Positions 1 to 17,334 of a DNA stretch of 64,000 nucleotides are shown in pieces. Position 1 is the first letter of the stretch, and each line of letters begins with the position of its first letter. Origin of the DNA: the human T2T-CHM13v2.0 reference genome, Homo sapiens. Made by a program: the position numbers and the translations under genes. The notes beneath the pieces were generated by a model that was given only the letters and a program-made list of their open reading frames with translations, was not told the origin of the DNA and did not search any database. The DNA is taken from the NCBI RefSeq assembly GCF_009914755.1, contig NC_060939.1. One strand, given 5' to 3'.

Positions 1-1470
<1,470 letters not shown>

Positions 1471-2304
1471 TTTTTTTTTAATACGGCATTTTTTCTTTTT
1501 ATTTTTAGTTGATACATAATAATCATACATATTTATGGGCTATTGAGTGAATTTCTATGCGTGTATACAATGTGTAATGATCAAATCAGGATAAATAGCA
1601 TTCCATCACCTCAACATTTATCATTTCTTTGTGTTGTGAGCATTCAAAATTCTCTCTTTTAGCCTTTTGAAAATATACAATAAATTATCATTAACCATAT
1701 TTACCCTATAGTGCTGTAGAACACCAGAACTTACTCCTTCCATCTACCTGTAATTTTGTATTTGTTAACAAACCTCTCCCCATGCTCCCCCCACTACTAC
1801 CCTTCCTAGCCTCCAATACCCACAATTCTACTCGTGACTTCCATGAGCTAAAAAAAAGTTTAGCTCCCACATCTGATTAAGAACATGCAGCATTTATCTT
1901 TCTGTGGCTAACTTATTTTGCTTAACATAATGTGCTCCAGGCTCATCCTTGTTGCTGTGAATGACAGGATTTCATTCTTTTTTATGGCTGAATAATATTT
2001 CAATGTATATATATATCACATTTTCTTTATTCATTTGTCTGTTGGTGGACATTTAGGTTGATTCCATATCTTAGCTATTGTGAATAGTGCTGCAATAAAC
2101 AAGGATACAGGTATTGGTATTCCTTTGATACACTGATTTTCTCTTTTTTGGATAAAAATCCAGCAGTGGGGTCATTGGATCATGTGGTAGATCTATCTTT
2201 AGTTTTTTGAGACATCCCCACAGTGTTTTCCATAATGGCTGTACTAATTTAAATTCCCACCAACAATGTATAACAGTTCCCTTTTCTCTGCATCCTCACC
2301 AGCA

Positions 2305-2306
<2 letters not shown>

Positions 2307-2337
<31 letters not shown>
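2307..2337. repeat. (TG)n microsatellite
   Basis: About 15 perfect TG units. Confidence 0.98.
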
Positions 2338-2340
<3 letters not shown>

Positions 2341-3604
2341 ATAATAGCCATTCTAATTGAGGTGAGATGATACTCATTGTGGTTTTGATTTGCATTTCCC
2401 TGATGACTAGAGGCGGTTGAACATTTTAAAATACTTTTTTGGACATTTGTATGTCTTCTTTTGAGAAACATCTATTTATTTCCTTTGCCCACTTTTTAAT
2501 TGGATTTTTTTTCCTGTTGAGTGGTCTGAGTTCCTTTCATGTTCTGAATATTAGTCACTTGTTGGATGAATAGTTTGCAAGTGTTTTCTTCCTTTCTACA
2601 GTTGTCTCTTCCCTCTGTTGTTTCCTTTGTTGTATGGAAGATTTTTAGTTCATATAATACTATTTGTCAATTTTTGCTCTTGTTGTTTATGTTTTTGAGG
2701 TCTTATACATAAAATTTTTTCCAAGATCAATGTCGTGAGGCACTTCTCTTATGTTTGCTCCCAGTAGATTTATAGTTTTTTGTTTCATGTTTAAGTCTTT
2801 AATCCATTTTATGTTGATTTTTATATTTGGTGATAGGTAGGGAGTCTAATTTTATTCTTCTGCATATGGCTATTTAGTTCTCCCAGCACTGTTATTGAAG
2901 AGGGTGTCCTTTCCTCAATGTATGTTTTTGGTGCCTTTGTCAAAAATCAGTTGGCTGTAAATATGTGAATTTATTTCTGGGTTCTCTATTCTGTTCCATT
3001 GGTTAATATGTTTGTTTTTATACCAGTATCATGCTGATTTGGTTACTATAGCTTTGTAGTATAATTTGAAGTAAAGTAGTGTAATGCCTCCAGTTTTGTT
3101 CTTTTTGATCAGTATTGCTTTGGCTATTTGGTGTCTTTTATAATGTCATATGAATTTTAGGATTTTTTTTCTATTTATGTAAATAATGTCATTGGTATTT
3201 CGATAGGGATTGCAATGAATCTGTAGAATGCTTTGGGCAGTGTGATCATTTTAACAATATTAATTGTTCCAATCCATGAGCATGGGATGTCTTTTTATTT
3301 GTTTGTTTCCTCTTCAAATATTTTCATCAGTGTTTTACACTTTTCCTTGTAGAGTTTTTTCACCTCTTTGGTTAAATGTATTCCTAGGTATTTTATTTTT
3401 TCATAGCTATGATAAATGGGATTTTTTTCACTTGGTGCATAGAAACACTAGATTTCTTTTTCAGCTAGTTCATTATTGGTGTATAGAAACAGTGATTTTG
3501 GCATGTTGATGTTGTATCCTGTATCTTCACTAAATTTATTTATCAGTTCTAAGAGTGTTTTGATGGCGTCTTCAGGTTTTGCTATATATAGGATTATGTC
3601 ATCT

Positions 3605-3937
3605 GGCTGGGCACAATGGCTCACACCTGTAATCCTAGTGCTTTGGGAGGCTGAGACAAGAGGATCACTTGAGGCCAGGAATTCGAGACCAGCCTAGGCA
3701 ACATAGCAAGACCCCATCTCGACAAAAAACAATTGTTTTAATTAGCCAAGTGTGGTGGCATGGCATCTACAGTCCCAGCCACTTGGGAGGATTGCTCAAG
3801 CCCAGGAGTTCAAGGCTACAGTGAGCTATGATTTTGCCACTACATTCGGTGAGCTATGATTGTGCCACTGCACAGCCTGGGCGACAGAGTTAAGAGCCTG
3901 CCTCTAAAAAAATTAAAAATAAACATAAATAAATAAA
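3605..3937 (+). mobile_element. AluJ-type element with internal duplication and deletion
   Basis: GGCTGGGCACAATGGCTCACACCTGTAATCC start, dimer structure, A-rich tail. Confidence 0.95.
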
Positions 3938-4325
3938 TATTATGATAAATTGACTTCCTCTTTTCCAATTTGGATGCCCTTATTTCTTTATCTTGCTTAA
4001 TTGCTCTGGGTAGGGCTTCCAGCACTATGTTGAATAAGAGTGGTAAGAGTGGGCATCTTTGTCTTGTTCCAACTCTTAGAGGAAAGGATTTCAGCTTTTC
4101 CCCATTCAGTATGATGTTAGCTGTGGGTTTGTCATATATGGCCTTTATTGTGTCGAGTTTTGTTCCTTCTAAGCCTAGTTTGTTGAAACGTTTTATCATG
4201 AAGCAATGTTGAATTTTATCAAATGCTTTTTCTGTGTCTATTGAGGTGATCATATGGTTTTTATGCTTCATTCTATTCATATGGTGTATCACATTTATTT
4301 GTGTATGTTGAACCTATGTGGCATT

Positions 4326-5359
<1,034 letters not shown>

Positions 5360-5577
5360 CTACATGGCATTATTAATGTGTATTTTAATCCAATATATTT
5401 CAATCCCATTGGATATTGTTGTTTTTTTAAAGTCAGTAATCATTTAGAGCTCCTCATATATTCACCACTTATTTTGCTCTTCATTCCTTCTTATAACTCG
5501 GAACTTCCTTCTGGAATCACTCTTTTATAGTCTAAATATTATATAGCCTTTAGAAATTTTTAGTGCTGTCCTTGTGA

Positions 5578-5908
<331 letters not shown>

Positions 5909-6589
5909 AGGTTTTTTAAATCTGAAAGTATCTTTATTTCACCTTCATTTAAAAAAAAAGTGTCATTAAAATATAACAATCATATAGTAAAGTCTACTGT
6001 GGGGTAACTACTAGTATGGGACCATCTTAAACCCAAGTTCAGGGCTTGAAATTTAATTTTATGGCTGTTGGATTCTTATTTCTGTTTCCATCTCTCTGTG
6101 ATATTATCAAAACAAAAGTCCTAGTTTTCCAGGATTGGCAAGCATCAGAGGATCAATGTGGCTTCCGTGCTCTTTTACCTTTCTGGATTCACATTTTTAC
6201 TTTACTTTGACTTTATAATTCCTTACAGTCATGTTTTGTCTTCGATGCTTTTTAAATGTTTTAATATATTTTATCTAGTTGTTTAAAATTTTTATCCAGT
6301 GGGATAGTTAATTCAAATAACATAGTCCTCCATTACTAAGAGCAGAAAGTCCCCATGTTGAATTTTTAATTTTTTGCTATTATAATTTTAATTTTTAAGA
6401 GCTGGTTTTTGTTTGTTTTTTGTTTTCTGAATGCACTTCTTAATTAATATCCTGAGCTTCTTTCACAGAGTTTATTTGTAATTTCCCTTTTACCTACATG
6501 TCTCATCCTCCAGTCTGTAAGTTCCCTGACCATGTCTGTCTCCTTCCTTCAAGGCTGTATCTCCAACACTTAGAAAAATATCTGGATGA

Positions 6590-6934
<345 letters not shown>

Positions 6935-7780
6935 CTAGACAAATTAGTCTCATTAAAGCTGGATTCCTATTTCAGAGACGGTTCTCAACTTCTGACTTTT
7001 AACATCCTACATCCTGCAGTTTTGAGTCCTATGCACCTCCCAGATGTGAAGTTCAGGCTTTTATAAGCCAGCCATCAAAGAACATTATGAGCTACCCCAT
7101 CGTGGCTCTGCATAGCAGCCAACTGTTCAGTCTTGTAAGCATCATCATGTGTGCACAGCACAGAGAGTAGAAAAAAAGTAAATCTGATAAAAAATAAAAC
7201 TCAGTTAAAAAAAAAGAAAAGAAGTGAAACTTCACAAGTACTACAATAGAGTAAAAGATAGGTATCATTAAGCATCATGGAAGTGCCATAAAGAGCAAGA
7301 AAAGAACAAAATGTAAAGAACATGTACAAAATGCTGGAAATATATTATCAAAGATGGAATCCAAAAGGCAGGACATGTTACTATGGATTTTTTTATTTTT
7401 TATTTTTTATTTTTTGGCTCTCTGGGAATGAAAGTCTTCCATAACACATAAATTTTCCTCTTGAACTTTTGGATTCTTAGCAGATATACAGGAACTCATT
7501 GTGCAGTAAAAGATAGGACCACCTATACTAAATAATGTGTGAGGCTCATGAAGAGTCTACATTAGCAATGCAGGTGAAGTTTAATAGTGATCAGGTGTCT
7601 GTCTTGAGAACTGATGTTGACCATGGTGACAGTAGGACATGTGGTCTGAGAGGAAAACTTAGATGCATCTGTACCTGTCACAAGCGGGGGATCATACAGG
7701 TGTTTTTAAAACTCGCAAGACACCTTGTAAGCAAAGACCTACTGTCATTATCCTGGGAAACATTTCTTAAAGAATGGCCT

Positions 7781-7902
7781 GAGTAATATGCTAGTTACAC
7801 TGTATACATGTTTCAATGCATGTATTCAAATGTAACACTAGACCCCATAAATATGTGCAATTATTATATGTCAATTAAAAATAATAAAACTCATCTTTTA
7901 AA
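7781..7902 (+). mobile_element. Very short 5'-truncated L1MA 3' end
   Basis: CCCCATAAATATGTGCAATTATTATATGTCAATTAAAAATAA L1MA terminus; TSD AAAGAATGGCCT at 7769-7780 and 7903-7914. Confidence 0.8.
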
Positions 7903-9600
7903 AAAGAATGGCCTTGGGACACCTACCTCAGAACCACTTGTGGGAATCTTACAGTTTGGTTGCCTGCCTCCATTCCATTTCCTCAGACCCAATCTCTGTG
8001 GGTGGGTCCCAGCATTTTTAATAGGCTCCCAGATGAGTCTTCTGCATACCAAGTTGTGGGTCCAATGCTTAGGAAGATGCTGACACTAGACCCATTACCC
8101 CTTTGTCCTCTCCCTGAAATCTGGAAAGGAGTCCACTTTAGACTTACCACCATGAGAGTCAAGAGCCCCAGTGATACAAGTCTCAATTAACAAAATTAAC
8201 AATTTGCAACAACAGAATCAGAAGAAGAATCCAAAGAAATTTTGCAATCAGCTTTGAAAATGCTAACTTTACACATTTTTAAATGTACAAGGCCTGTGCC
8301 GTTCTTCCCAAGCCAACATTGGAGTAGCAGATTTGGGAAGTCATTCTTCCAACACTTTTTTGTGAATCGCTAGTCATGTGTCCAGCTGAACATGAACTGG
8401 TGTATGGGAAGAGAAGGTGGCCAGTAGCCAAGCATTTCATAAGACTGTGATGCAGACCGAAGGCTTTAAGTATTAGTAAGATTCATGTTTCTGACTTCCA
8501 CCCTGTGGAATAGACTGCTGACAGTGATGAACATGGTGACATGATAGGACTCATCAACCATGTGTGCGGCAAGCAAGACCTTTGACTTTCAGCTAATCCC
8601 AGCTAATCCCAGCACGAAATGTAAAAATGCACAGGTCATTGGCACCATGGTTGGTGGGAAGTGAGGTGTAGTAGCTGAACTTACAAAGCCTGTTACTCTA
8701 CAATGACCTATGAGATGGACTTGAAGATGCTGCAGCCAAACATGAGCCTGATGATTGATACCCAGCAGAGCCAAGCAAAAGAGAAAACGGAAATATGTCC
8801 CTAATCCCACAGAGCTCAGACCTTAATTTGTCTATGTCATACATAATGGATTTGAGTTCAGCTAAACCCATTCAAATCCAGCTGGTTGTTTCAGTCAGTG
8901 AATTTACAGCTTGTATTTATGGTCCAAAACAGAAACTATATGAGCATATTTCTCTCTTTTTTTATCTTCTTTCTGTCCACTTTTCTTCCTTTACTCTCTC
9001 CACATTGTTTTTTCATATCTTCTCATATCTTGCTGCAAATCCTCTCTCAACGTCAATCATTTTCTCCAAATCTGTCATCTCTTCCTTTGTCTTTTGTCCC
9101 AAATCTCTCTGTAGCCCTCTTGCTATCTTCTCTTCCATCCCCTCAGTGCTTGCTCTCCCACACATTTCTCATCATGAAAACACAACTCCCTCCCTCTCAT
9201 TCCATTATTCTCTGGATGTCTTTGTTTTGTCCCTTTGTGTCTGGGTGTCTCCAGATTTCAGTCTTTCTTTGTGTCCTCATCTTCCAAGACCTTCATGGCC
9301 TTTAAAAAAAATCCCTGTATTAATCTCAGTCTCTACAAAGTTATTTCCAGTGGTATTATGTGGCAAGGCATGTGAGCTATTCTGACAAGGAACAGCTAAG
9401 GCCCTATGGCAAGGAGAAGAGAGGAACGTGCTATATCCAGCTTATCTCATGCTATCCTGCAGCCCTCAAGGCAGAGACAGTGCTTGGACTGTATTAGGGC
9501 CATATATGTTTATTGAACTGGCTGCTGTTACTATGGAGAAAGTCTTAGTATCAGGTAATACCATTTACTGTAAGAAAAGTAGGGTTCAGCAATATAACAT

Positions 9601-9959
9601 TGATATGGCTTTGTGTCCCCACCCAAATCTTGAATTGCAATCCCCGTAATTCCCACATGTCAAGGGAGAGACCTAGTGGGAGGTGATTGGATCATGGGGG
9701 CAGTGTCCCCCATACTGTTGTTGTAATAGTGAGTGAGTTCTCATGAGATCTGATGGTTTTATAAGAGTCCGACAGTTCCTCCACACTCTCTCTCTCACCC
9801 ACTGCCATGTAAGACGTGCCTCTTTCCCTTCCGCCATGATTATAAGTTTCCCGGGGCTTCCCCAGCCACGTGGAACTAGGAGTCAATTAAACCTCTTCTC
9901 TTTATAAATTACCCAGTCTTGGGCAGTTCTTTATAGCAGTGTGAGAATGGACTAATACA
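9601..9959 (+). mobile_element. Solo LTR, THE1/MSTA class (ERVL-MaLR)
   Basis: TGATATGG...CCCCACCCAAATCT start; AATTAAACCTCTT...GAATGGACTAATACA end. Confidence 0.9.
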
Positions 9960-10727
9960 TACATCTTTAAATTTGAAAAATCTTTGGAAACCATGATTTA
10001 TTTTTTAAAGTCCCATTTTCAAGTGCAAGTAGGTCAACAGCTTTGGCAGGACTTTTGCCTATCTCCTTTTTTATGCATCCACCCATAACTACTATTCTAA
10101 TACTATTGTCAAGTAACAGAAACCAGAACTCTACAGAGGACAGATGACTCTTTGTTCATGGAAATTTAAAAAAAATCAGAATGAGCCTGGAATATCCTGT
10201 TATTACCAGAAAGTAAAAATCTTATTTTTAAAATGTTAGGAGCAACATCAAAAAGCCAAAGATCCAATTTAAGGTTTCCGCGGACCAAGCTGTGATAATT
10301 TTAGCGTGAAATATTATTATTATGGTTATTTGGAACATGTTAAGTCTATAAAAAGTCCATGGATTCATAATTATACTCAACAATTAACATAATTAGTACA
10401 AAAATATGGTTGTAATAAAAAATAGGTAACCAATTATGAATATGTTTTTGATAATGGATTTTAACAAGTGAACATTGTTTATATATGGTGATTTTATTTA
10501 TCCTATTGAATTACTTTCTTATAAAAGATATAAATATATATGCACATATTTATTTCTGAGGAAAAAATAAAATTATGGAACCAAGTAACCTCCTTCAAGA
10601 AGAGGGAAGACTGGATTGGTCGGTACTGGGATTAACATATAATAATTTAAGTGAACAAAAAATCCAATATTTAATCAAGATTAATGATCACACAAAATTA
10701 CCAAGTAGAAGAAAGATCCAACAGGGT

Positions 10728-11083
10728 TGTCTTAGTGCATTTGGGCTGCTATAGCAAAATGCCATAGATTGTGTGGCTTATAAACAACAAATACTGATTT
10801 CTCAAAGTTCCAGAGACTGGGAAGACGAAGATCAAGGTGCAAGCAGATTTGGTGTCTGATGAGGGCCTGTTTCTCTTAGATGGCACCTTCTTGCTGTGTC
10901 CTCACATCGTGCTGGGGATGAACAAGCCTCTGGGTTTGCTTTCACATGGGCACTAATCCCATTCATGAGAACAGTTATAATTTAATCACCCCCCAAAGGC
11001 CCCTACCTCCTAATCTCATCATATTGGGATTAGGATCTCAGCATATATATCTGGGGGGAACACAGACATTTTATCCATAGCCA
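10728..11083 (-). mobile_element. Solo LTR, MLT1A class (MaLR)
   Basis: TGTCTTAGT..TTTGGGCTGCTATAGCAAAATGCCATAGA, AAGATCAAGGTGC motifs. Confidence 0.85.
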
Positions 11084-12004
11084 GGGTCTTCCAAACAGAG
11101 GAATTAGTCAAATGTCCCAGAGAGAAAGAGTATACTACACACATGCAACATCTCATCTCACAGGAAATGAAACCACTAGATGGCCCTGCTCATTTTAATA
11201 AAACATCAATAAGGAATATGTAACTCTTTAAAAAGGTAGCCGACCAAGTCAATATATCATACTGATAGGACCTTGGGTTTTGTAACTTTGGCTAAGTGAG
11301 ATTTTAAAAGTACATCATTTCCTGAAAGACACCAGGTTGTAAAAAAAATAAAACCTAAGTGAAGGTGTGACTTTAAAAATCGTGTTGTAGTAACACCAGG
11401 AGTTAACTCAGCCTGATGATGAGTCCTGAGGCCAGACCAAAAATGGATCAGCCAGTACTCCAGATCCTGCAGCCTTGGCTGGGCCAAGCACGTATACTTT
11501 TTCTTTCGGGTCTAGTAATATTACTCCACCCCTGGGAAGAAATAAAAATATATTACTGAAACCCTAGGAAGATATTAAAATAAGTATACTAATATCCCCC
11601 AGGAAGGTATAAAACAAGCACATAAATTGTCAAAGAAATGAATAAGTCCATTGTTCTGAGACTTTAGAATAGGTTCAAGTGTAAGTATAATATTAATAAT
11701 AAGCTTTGTAGTCATTGCATTTGTGAAAGTTTTATGATATTTGAAGTGTTGGGGAAAAAATCGGCCATAGTGAATTTATAATTGCATTTTAAATGATTTA
11801 AGATAATGCAATCAAATTATAGTCATCTTAAATCATCAAGATAACTTCTTTTTAAAATTTGTATTTATTAGGTAAATGGGTTCAATAATTTGAGCATTAA
11901 ACAAAATATAGGTTTTTAGTTCCTGAACAAGAAAATTAAGAAACCTGGGCTATAAGGTCCCTTTCCCAAAATTGACCCAGTAGAAATTACAGACAATGAT
12001 TGAA

Positions 12005-12172
12005 AACCTTTGTTGCCCATTAGAATCACCCAAGAAGCTTTGAAATCTATTGCTAATCTGGGGCCCTCCTTGGACCAATTGTATCAGAATCTCCAGAAGC
12101 AGAATCTGGACAATGGCATTTTAAAAATACCTTTGAAGTCCTTCTAATAGGCAGCCAGGGTTGAGAAACTGA
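12005..12172. mobile_element. MER5-type hAT-Charlie fossil
   Basis: CATTAGAATCACC...ATCAGAATCTC...GCAGCCAGGGTTGAGAA motifs. Confidence 0.7.
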
Positions 12173-12431
12173 AAGTGGGAAAGAAGCCATGGTCTGAGGA
12201 ATTAACATAAAAACTCTGAGAAGGCCAGAGGAGACCAAAGACAGTTGTGAGCTGGTTTAGAAGCTCATAGCAGTCTGGGATTGGGACACAGTGGGGCAGT
12301 AGGTGCAACGTGGTGGGTAAATTTTGCTTTTAACTGTCCCCTACATTGCTTTGGCAGGATCACTTTTCTGGCCTCATCACTTCTGCAGAACAGAAATTAG
12401 CAAGAGCAGCCCAGATGCCAGGGGTGGGTGT

Positions 12432-12433
<2 letters not shown>

Positions 12434-12477
<44 letters not shown>
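12434..12477. repeat. (GT)n microsatellite
   Basis: About 21 perfect GT units. Confidence 0.98.
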
Positions 12478-12478
<1 letters not shown>

Positions 12479-12857
12479 GGAAGGTGGGACAGAAAGGTTG
12501 GGGAGGTGGGGAGAATATCATTGCAACCTCAAGATCCTGCCAGGTTGAGAATCTGGTGAGAATACATGTTATGATGACTAGTTGCCCTAAGGCATTTATT
12601 TCTTCATTCCCTTTCTCTCCAGGCCCTCAACAAATTGGATTGCAACCTAATATTTAAGGAAGATTCCCTGAAGGAGGAGACGCCTGGTGCAGACACTGGG
12701 AATGAAGTTGGTCTGCAGGTTCTGTGGTGTGTGGTGCTTGAACTCGTGGAGACTTTCCCCACCTTTCTGCATAAATAGTTCTAAAGATCTACATTGTACA
12801 GACTATGTTCTCTTACCACAGTGCAATTTTGTTAGAAATAAATTACAAAAGAATAAT

Positions 12858-13343
12858 TGCTGGGAGAGAATGCTGCATGGATTTCTCATGTTTCTGTATG
12901 TCTTTTGAGCAGAGGCATTGTTAGCTTTTGTTCTGGCCTGTATTTTCAAGGATGTTTATATAGCAAACAGCCTTGGAAAATAAAAATAGTATCTCCCTTC
13001 ATGGCAGAGGGCAGGTTTATTTGCTGTCCAGTAAAATGAAGATAATATCTCCCACTGGGGCAGAAGTTGGGTGGGTTGGCTCACAGCCTCCTTATTGGAG
13101 TTTCCTAAACTCAGGGTTCCTCAGCTGTGACTTAACCCCACCTCCAGCATCCTCCTGGACCCAGGTATGTATCACTCTTGTGGGGCTTGTGAAGCAAGGG
13201 GAACTAATGAGAAATGAAGTAATTAAGTTCTTTGTCTCTGATCCAGGAGTCTCATGTCTTCTGCCAGCATTTTTGAAACTGTGACTGGCTGGTTTGTTAA
13301 CTTGCAAGTAAGATCAAATTTAATACTCTTCACAGTTCTTCGT
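12858..13343 (+). mobile_element. Solo ERVL-class LTR (LTR47-like)
   Basis: GAGCAGAGGCATTG...TTTTCAAGGATGTTT and GTCTCTGATCCAGGAGTCTCATGTCTTCTGCCAGCAT resemble the remembered consensus; subfamily uncertain. Confidence 0.6.
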
Positions 13344-13663
13344 AATAGGTTTTTAAAAATTCCATAAATCTGGATATTAAATAGCATAAAACTAAATAAT
13401 CATTAGATTAAAAAGAAACTCACAAAAATATTAAACAGAATAAACTGAAAGCATTTAAGCCAAAATTTATGAACATAGCTAAAGTAATAGAGGGAAATTT
13501 ATAAATCTAAATAAATTTATCACGAATAAATAACGATTGAAAACTAATGAGCCAAATGTTTAATTCAAGAAGAAGAAGAAAAATTAGAACAAACTAAAGA
13601 TACTAGAAATAGGGAAATATTAAGGGCAGGAACCAAAGTAAAGAACATGAAAAACAGTAATAC

Positions 13664-14205
13664 TGAAGTGGCGTCATTTGGGGAAATACCCGAGGTTCGT
13701 TGTCTTGGGCTAAGGAAATCGAAGATGTGGACACACAAGGTGTGAGTTTAAAAGCAAAAGTTTAATAGGTGAAAGAAAGGAGAGAGAGCTTCCTTTTGCA
13801 GAGGAAGGGGCCCGAGCGGGTTTCTGGGAGATGTGGTTGGTTTTATAGACGAACTTGAGGAGGCAGTGTCTGATTTACATAGGGCGTAGTGGATTGGTTG
13901 GACCAGGTGTGCCATTTACATGGCCTGTGAAGAGCTGGCAGGCCCACCCTAATTTTTTATTATGCAAATGAGGTCTTTACCTGGCCAGCGCCATGTTACC
14001 TGAACACGTGGTTACAAAGAAAAGGGAAGAGGAAACCTCCATGTTGAATACACTTGGTGTCCAGGTATTCCTTTTCTATTGGCACAACTGCTGGCATTTA
14101 CCTATACAAGTTTCCAGCTTGCTTATCTATGCTTGCAGCTTGATTTTTCTGGCTGCTTTTTGTTAGAAAAGAAATTAGTTTTGAAAAGGAAAACCTTACC
14201 GAGAA
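13664..14205 (-). mobile_element. ERV1 solo LTR (MER61-like)
   Basis: TGAAGTGGCGTC...AAATACCCGAGGTTCGT...GTTTAATAGG...GGATTGGTTGGACCAGGTGTGCCATTTACAT. Confidence 0.7.
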
Positions 14206-16528
14206 CGAAACAACAAAATTTAAAATTGCTTCTTTAAAAAGATAAACAAGATGGTCTTCTGGAAAGACTCTTCAAGATAAAGGAAAGATGATATAAATAA
14301 ACAAAACAGAATTATAAATGGGGAAATAATAGCAGATGCATAAGAATTTTTTTAAAATAAAAGAATATTGTGAATAACTATATTTTAATATATTTTAAAT
14401 CTTAGATTGATTTTGTTCTACAAGTATTTAAATTACTCAACAACAGGTAAAGCTTGGGCACTGACTAATCAAGATGGACACCTGACCCACCAGAAAGGAT
14501 GCCATACTAGTATGTACAAGCTCTGTATTTCTGGGATCAAAATTAAATTCCCAATTGGCCCAAGAAGAAATACAAACATCAACTAGAACAGCAAGCATTC
14601 AAAAAGTGAAATGGTAATCAAAGCTCTCCTGTTCCCAAAACCTGTAACCCAGAAAGTTTTCCATGTGGAAGTTTTCCAGGTGAAAGCTTTACAAACTCAA
14701 TGGGATTAAAATCAATTAGTTTTAGAGAAAGGTGTAAAAAAAAATCTTACATATTAAAATAGTCTCTGCCCTTTAAAGGGTCATGGTACACAGATATAGT
14801 ATGTCTGTGGTATTAAATTTTATGGTGGAAGATTAGAAAAAAATATGTCTAAAAAGGCCCTGGGGGAGGGAGAGAGTATAATGAAAAAAGAATGGTTAAG
14901 AAACATTTCCTAATCTTATTCAAGAAAATGGAAAAAGAGAAAAAACTTCCCAGCTCATTTTAGCATTTTAAGAATTTTCTAATCTAAAACTGGATAAGAA
15001 CACACACACACATACACGTATCATATACTTATATACACATATGTATGTATTTATATTCAAAAGTAAAATGTGCTCCTCTACATATATAAGTCATGGTCAG
15101 TTATAAAAATGAATTGAAAAATCCCCCTTATTAACTCAAGGAGTTCAATAAAGTATTAAAACTATATCATGGAACCAGATTTACTCTCTTGCCTTAATGA
15201 GAAAAACTGGAAAAACATGTGGAACAACTGTTTTAAAATATTGGACAATAGGGATATTAGGACTGTAATGCAAGAAAGAAAGGAAGCAAATGAGGTAAGT
15301 CCAATATTCTCTGTGCCTTTCTACCCCGAGGTACACTCTGTAAAGCAGAGTGAGTAGGATGATCCCAAGCAAAACACAGTGGTCTCTCTGCATTGAGGAG
15401 CAGAGATTTGAGTTCAAAGAGTCTGAGGTAGCTAGAAGCTGTAAAGCAGAATTTCAGAGAAGAGAGAATTACGTAAAAAACAGCTCCAGACTTTTTTTAA
15501 TACTAAGATATATAGGCATAGAGTGAAACTCTTCAAGAAATACATGCACACACACAAACACACACATTTTAGTGTATACATGTGTATATACATAATATTA
15601 TTTAAATGTAGATTGTGATAATTAGAGCTTTTTGCAATTAACCCTAAGACAACTATTAAATATGAAACAGAGTTATAACTAGTAGTCCCCCAAAGGAGGA
15701 AAAAAAGATTTTAAAATATTTAATTAATTCAAAAGAAGTCAATAAAATGGAAAAAGCTTTACATATAATAGATTGAATAAGTAGAAATCAAACAGTAAAG
15801 TATAAACATAGAACCAATTGCATTAAAGGTAAATGGTATAAACGCCAAATTAAAAGGCAGAGATGGTCAGACTGGATAATAAAACAACATCTAACTATAT
15901 CCTGCATACAAACAATCCGCTTTAAATGTAAAGACATAATAGATCAATAGCAAAAGAATGAAAAAATACATCAAGATAATTCTGATCAAAACAAAGTTGG
16001 AGTATCTATACTAATACCAGACAAAGTAGATTTCAGGACAAATAATATTAGCAGAGATAAAGAGGGCCATTTCAAAATGATGAAGGGGTCATTTATGTCT
16101 CAAAGGACATAACAATTCTTAATTTTTTGCACCAAGTAACAGAAGATCAAAATATATGAAGTAAAAACTGATTGAACTTGAAAGAAGAAATAGGCAAATT
16201 TACAATTAGAGTCAGAGATTTCAGAATCTTCTTTCAGCAATTGATAGCACAAGTAGAATATCAGTAAGGACATAGAAGACTTGAAAGACACAATAAATAT
16301 CATAAACCAAACAATCTTTCTGTTTATATTCATAGAGTATTCCACTCAACAACCACATAATACACATTCTTTTCAGGTGCGTAAGAAATATGTATTAAGG
16401 TAGACAATATTCTATGATACAAAACAAGCCTTAATAAATTGAAAACAATTCAACTCAAAGTATGTTTTCTGACTATAATGAAATTAAATTAAAAAACCAC
16501 ACACACACACACACACACACAATAAGAT

Positions 16529-16838
16529 AGCTGAGCATAGTGGTGCATGCCTGTAATCCTAGCACTTTGGGAGGCCAAGGCAGGTGGATCACTTAAGCCC
16601 AGGAGTTTGAAACCAGCCTGGACAACGTGACAAAACTCCGTGTCTACAAAGAATACAAAAATTAGCTGGGCATGGTGGTGCACACCTGTGGTCTCAGCTA
16701 CTCGAGAGGCTGAGGTGGAAGGATCTCTTGAGCTCAGGAGGTCGAGGTTGCAGTGAGCTGAAATTGCGCCACTGCACTCCAGCCCGGGCAAGAGAGTGAG
16801 ACCATGTCTCAAACAAAGCAACAACAACAACAACAAAA
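16529..16838 (+). mobile_element. Alu (J/old S type), preceded by (CA)n 16497-16521
   Basis: Full dimer, (CAA)n tail, TSD-like CA(A/G)TAAGATA. Confidence 0.95.
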
Positions 16839-17334
16839 CAGTAAGATAAAGATACCTGGAAAATCCCCAAATATTTGGAAAGTAACACACATAAAATTAG
16901 AATGCATTTTGAAATTAAACATATTATACCAAATAACAGTCTCAAATTAATAACCTCTGCTTCCACCTTAAGTAGAAAAAGAAGAGCAAGTTAAATCTCA
17001 AAACCAGAGAGAAAACCAATGAAACCAAACACTAGTTTTTTAAAAAATTAATAAAATTGATAAATCTCTAGTCAGATTGATTAAAACAAAAGGAGATAAA
17101 ACATAATTTACCAATATCAAGAAATAGGAGGTGACATGATTAGTTTCTACAGGCACTAAAAGGATAAGGGAATACTATAAATAATTATACACATATGAAT
17201 TTAACAACCTAGACAAAATATACCAATTGCTTGAAAGATACTACTAAAGTTCATTCAAGAAGAAATATATAATCCAAGTAGCCCTATAGCCATTAGAGGA
17301 ACTGAATTTTTACTTAGAACCCTTCCCACAAAGA

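Larger units (their letters stand above)
1491..4313 (-). mobile_element. 5'-truncated L1MA-type LINE-1 (3' UTR and ORF2 3' part), interrupted by (TG)n and an Alu
   Basis: T-rich tail at ~1491; L1MA-type 3' UTR (ATACAATGTGTAATGATCAAATCAGG); ORF 3840..4292 translates to L1 RT sequence ([35 protein letters not shown]). Confidence 0.9.

Noticed and set aside
8795-9385. 196-aa ORF
   Set aside because: Pyrimidine-rich low-complexity sequence giving Ser/Phe/Leu bias; no recognisable domain
13980-14012. Possible p53 site in the MER61-like LTR
   Set aside because: CGCCATGTTA and GAACACGTGG deviate from RRRCWWGYYY at core or flank positions
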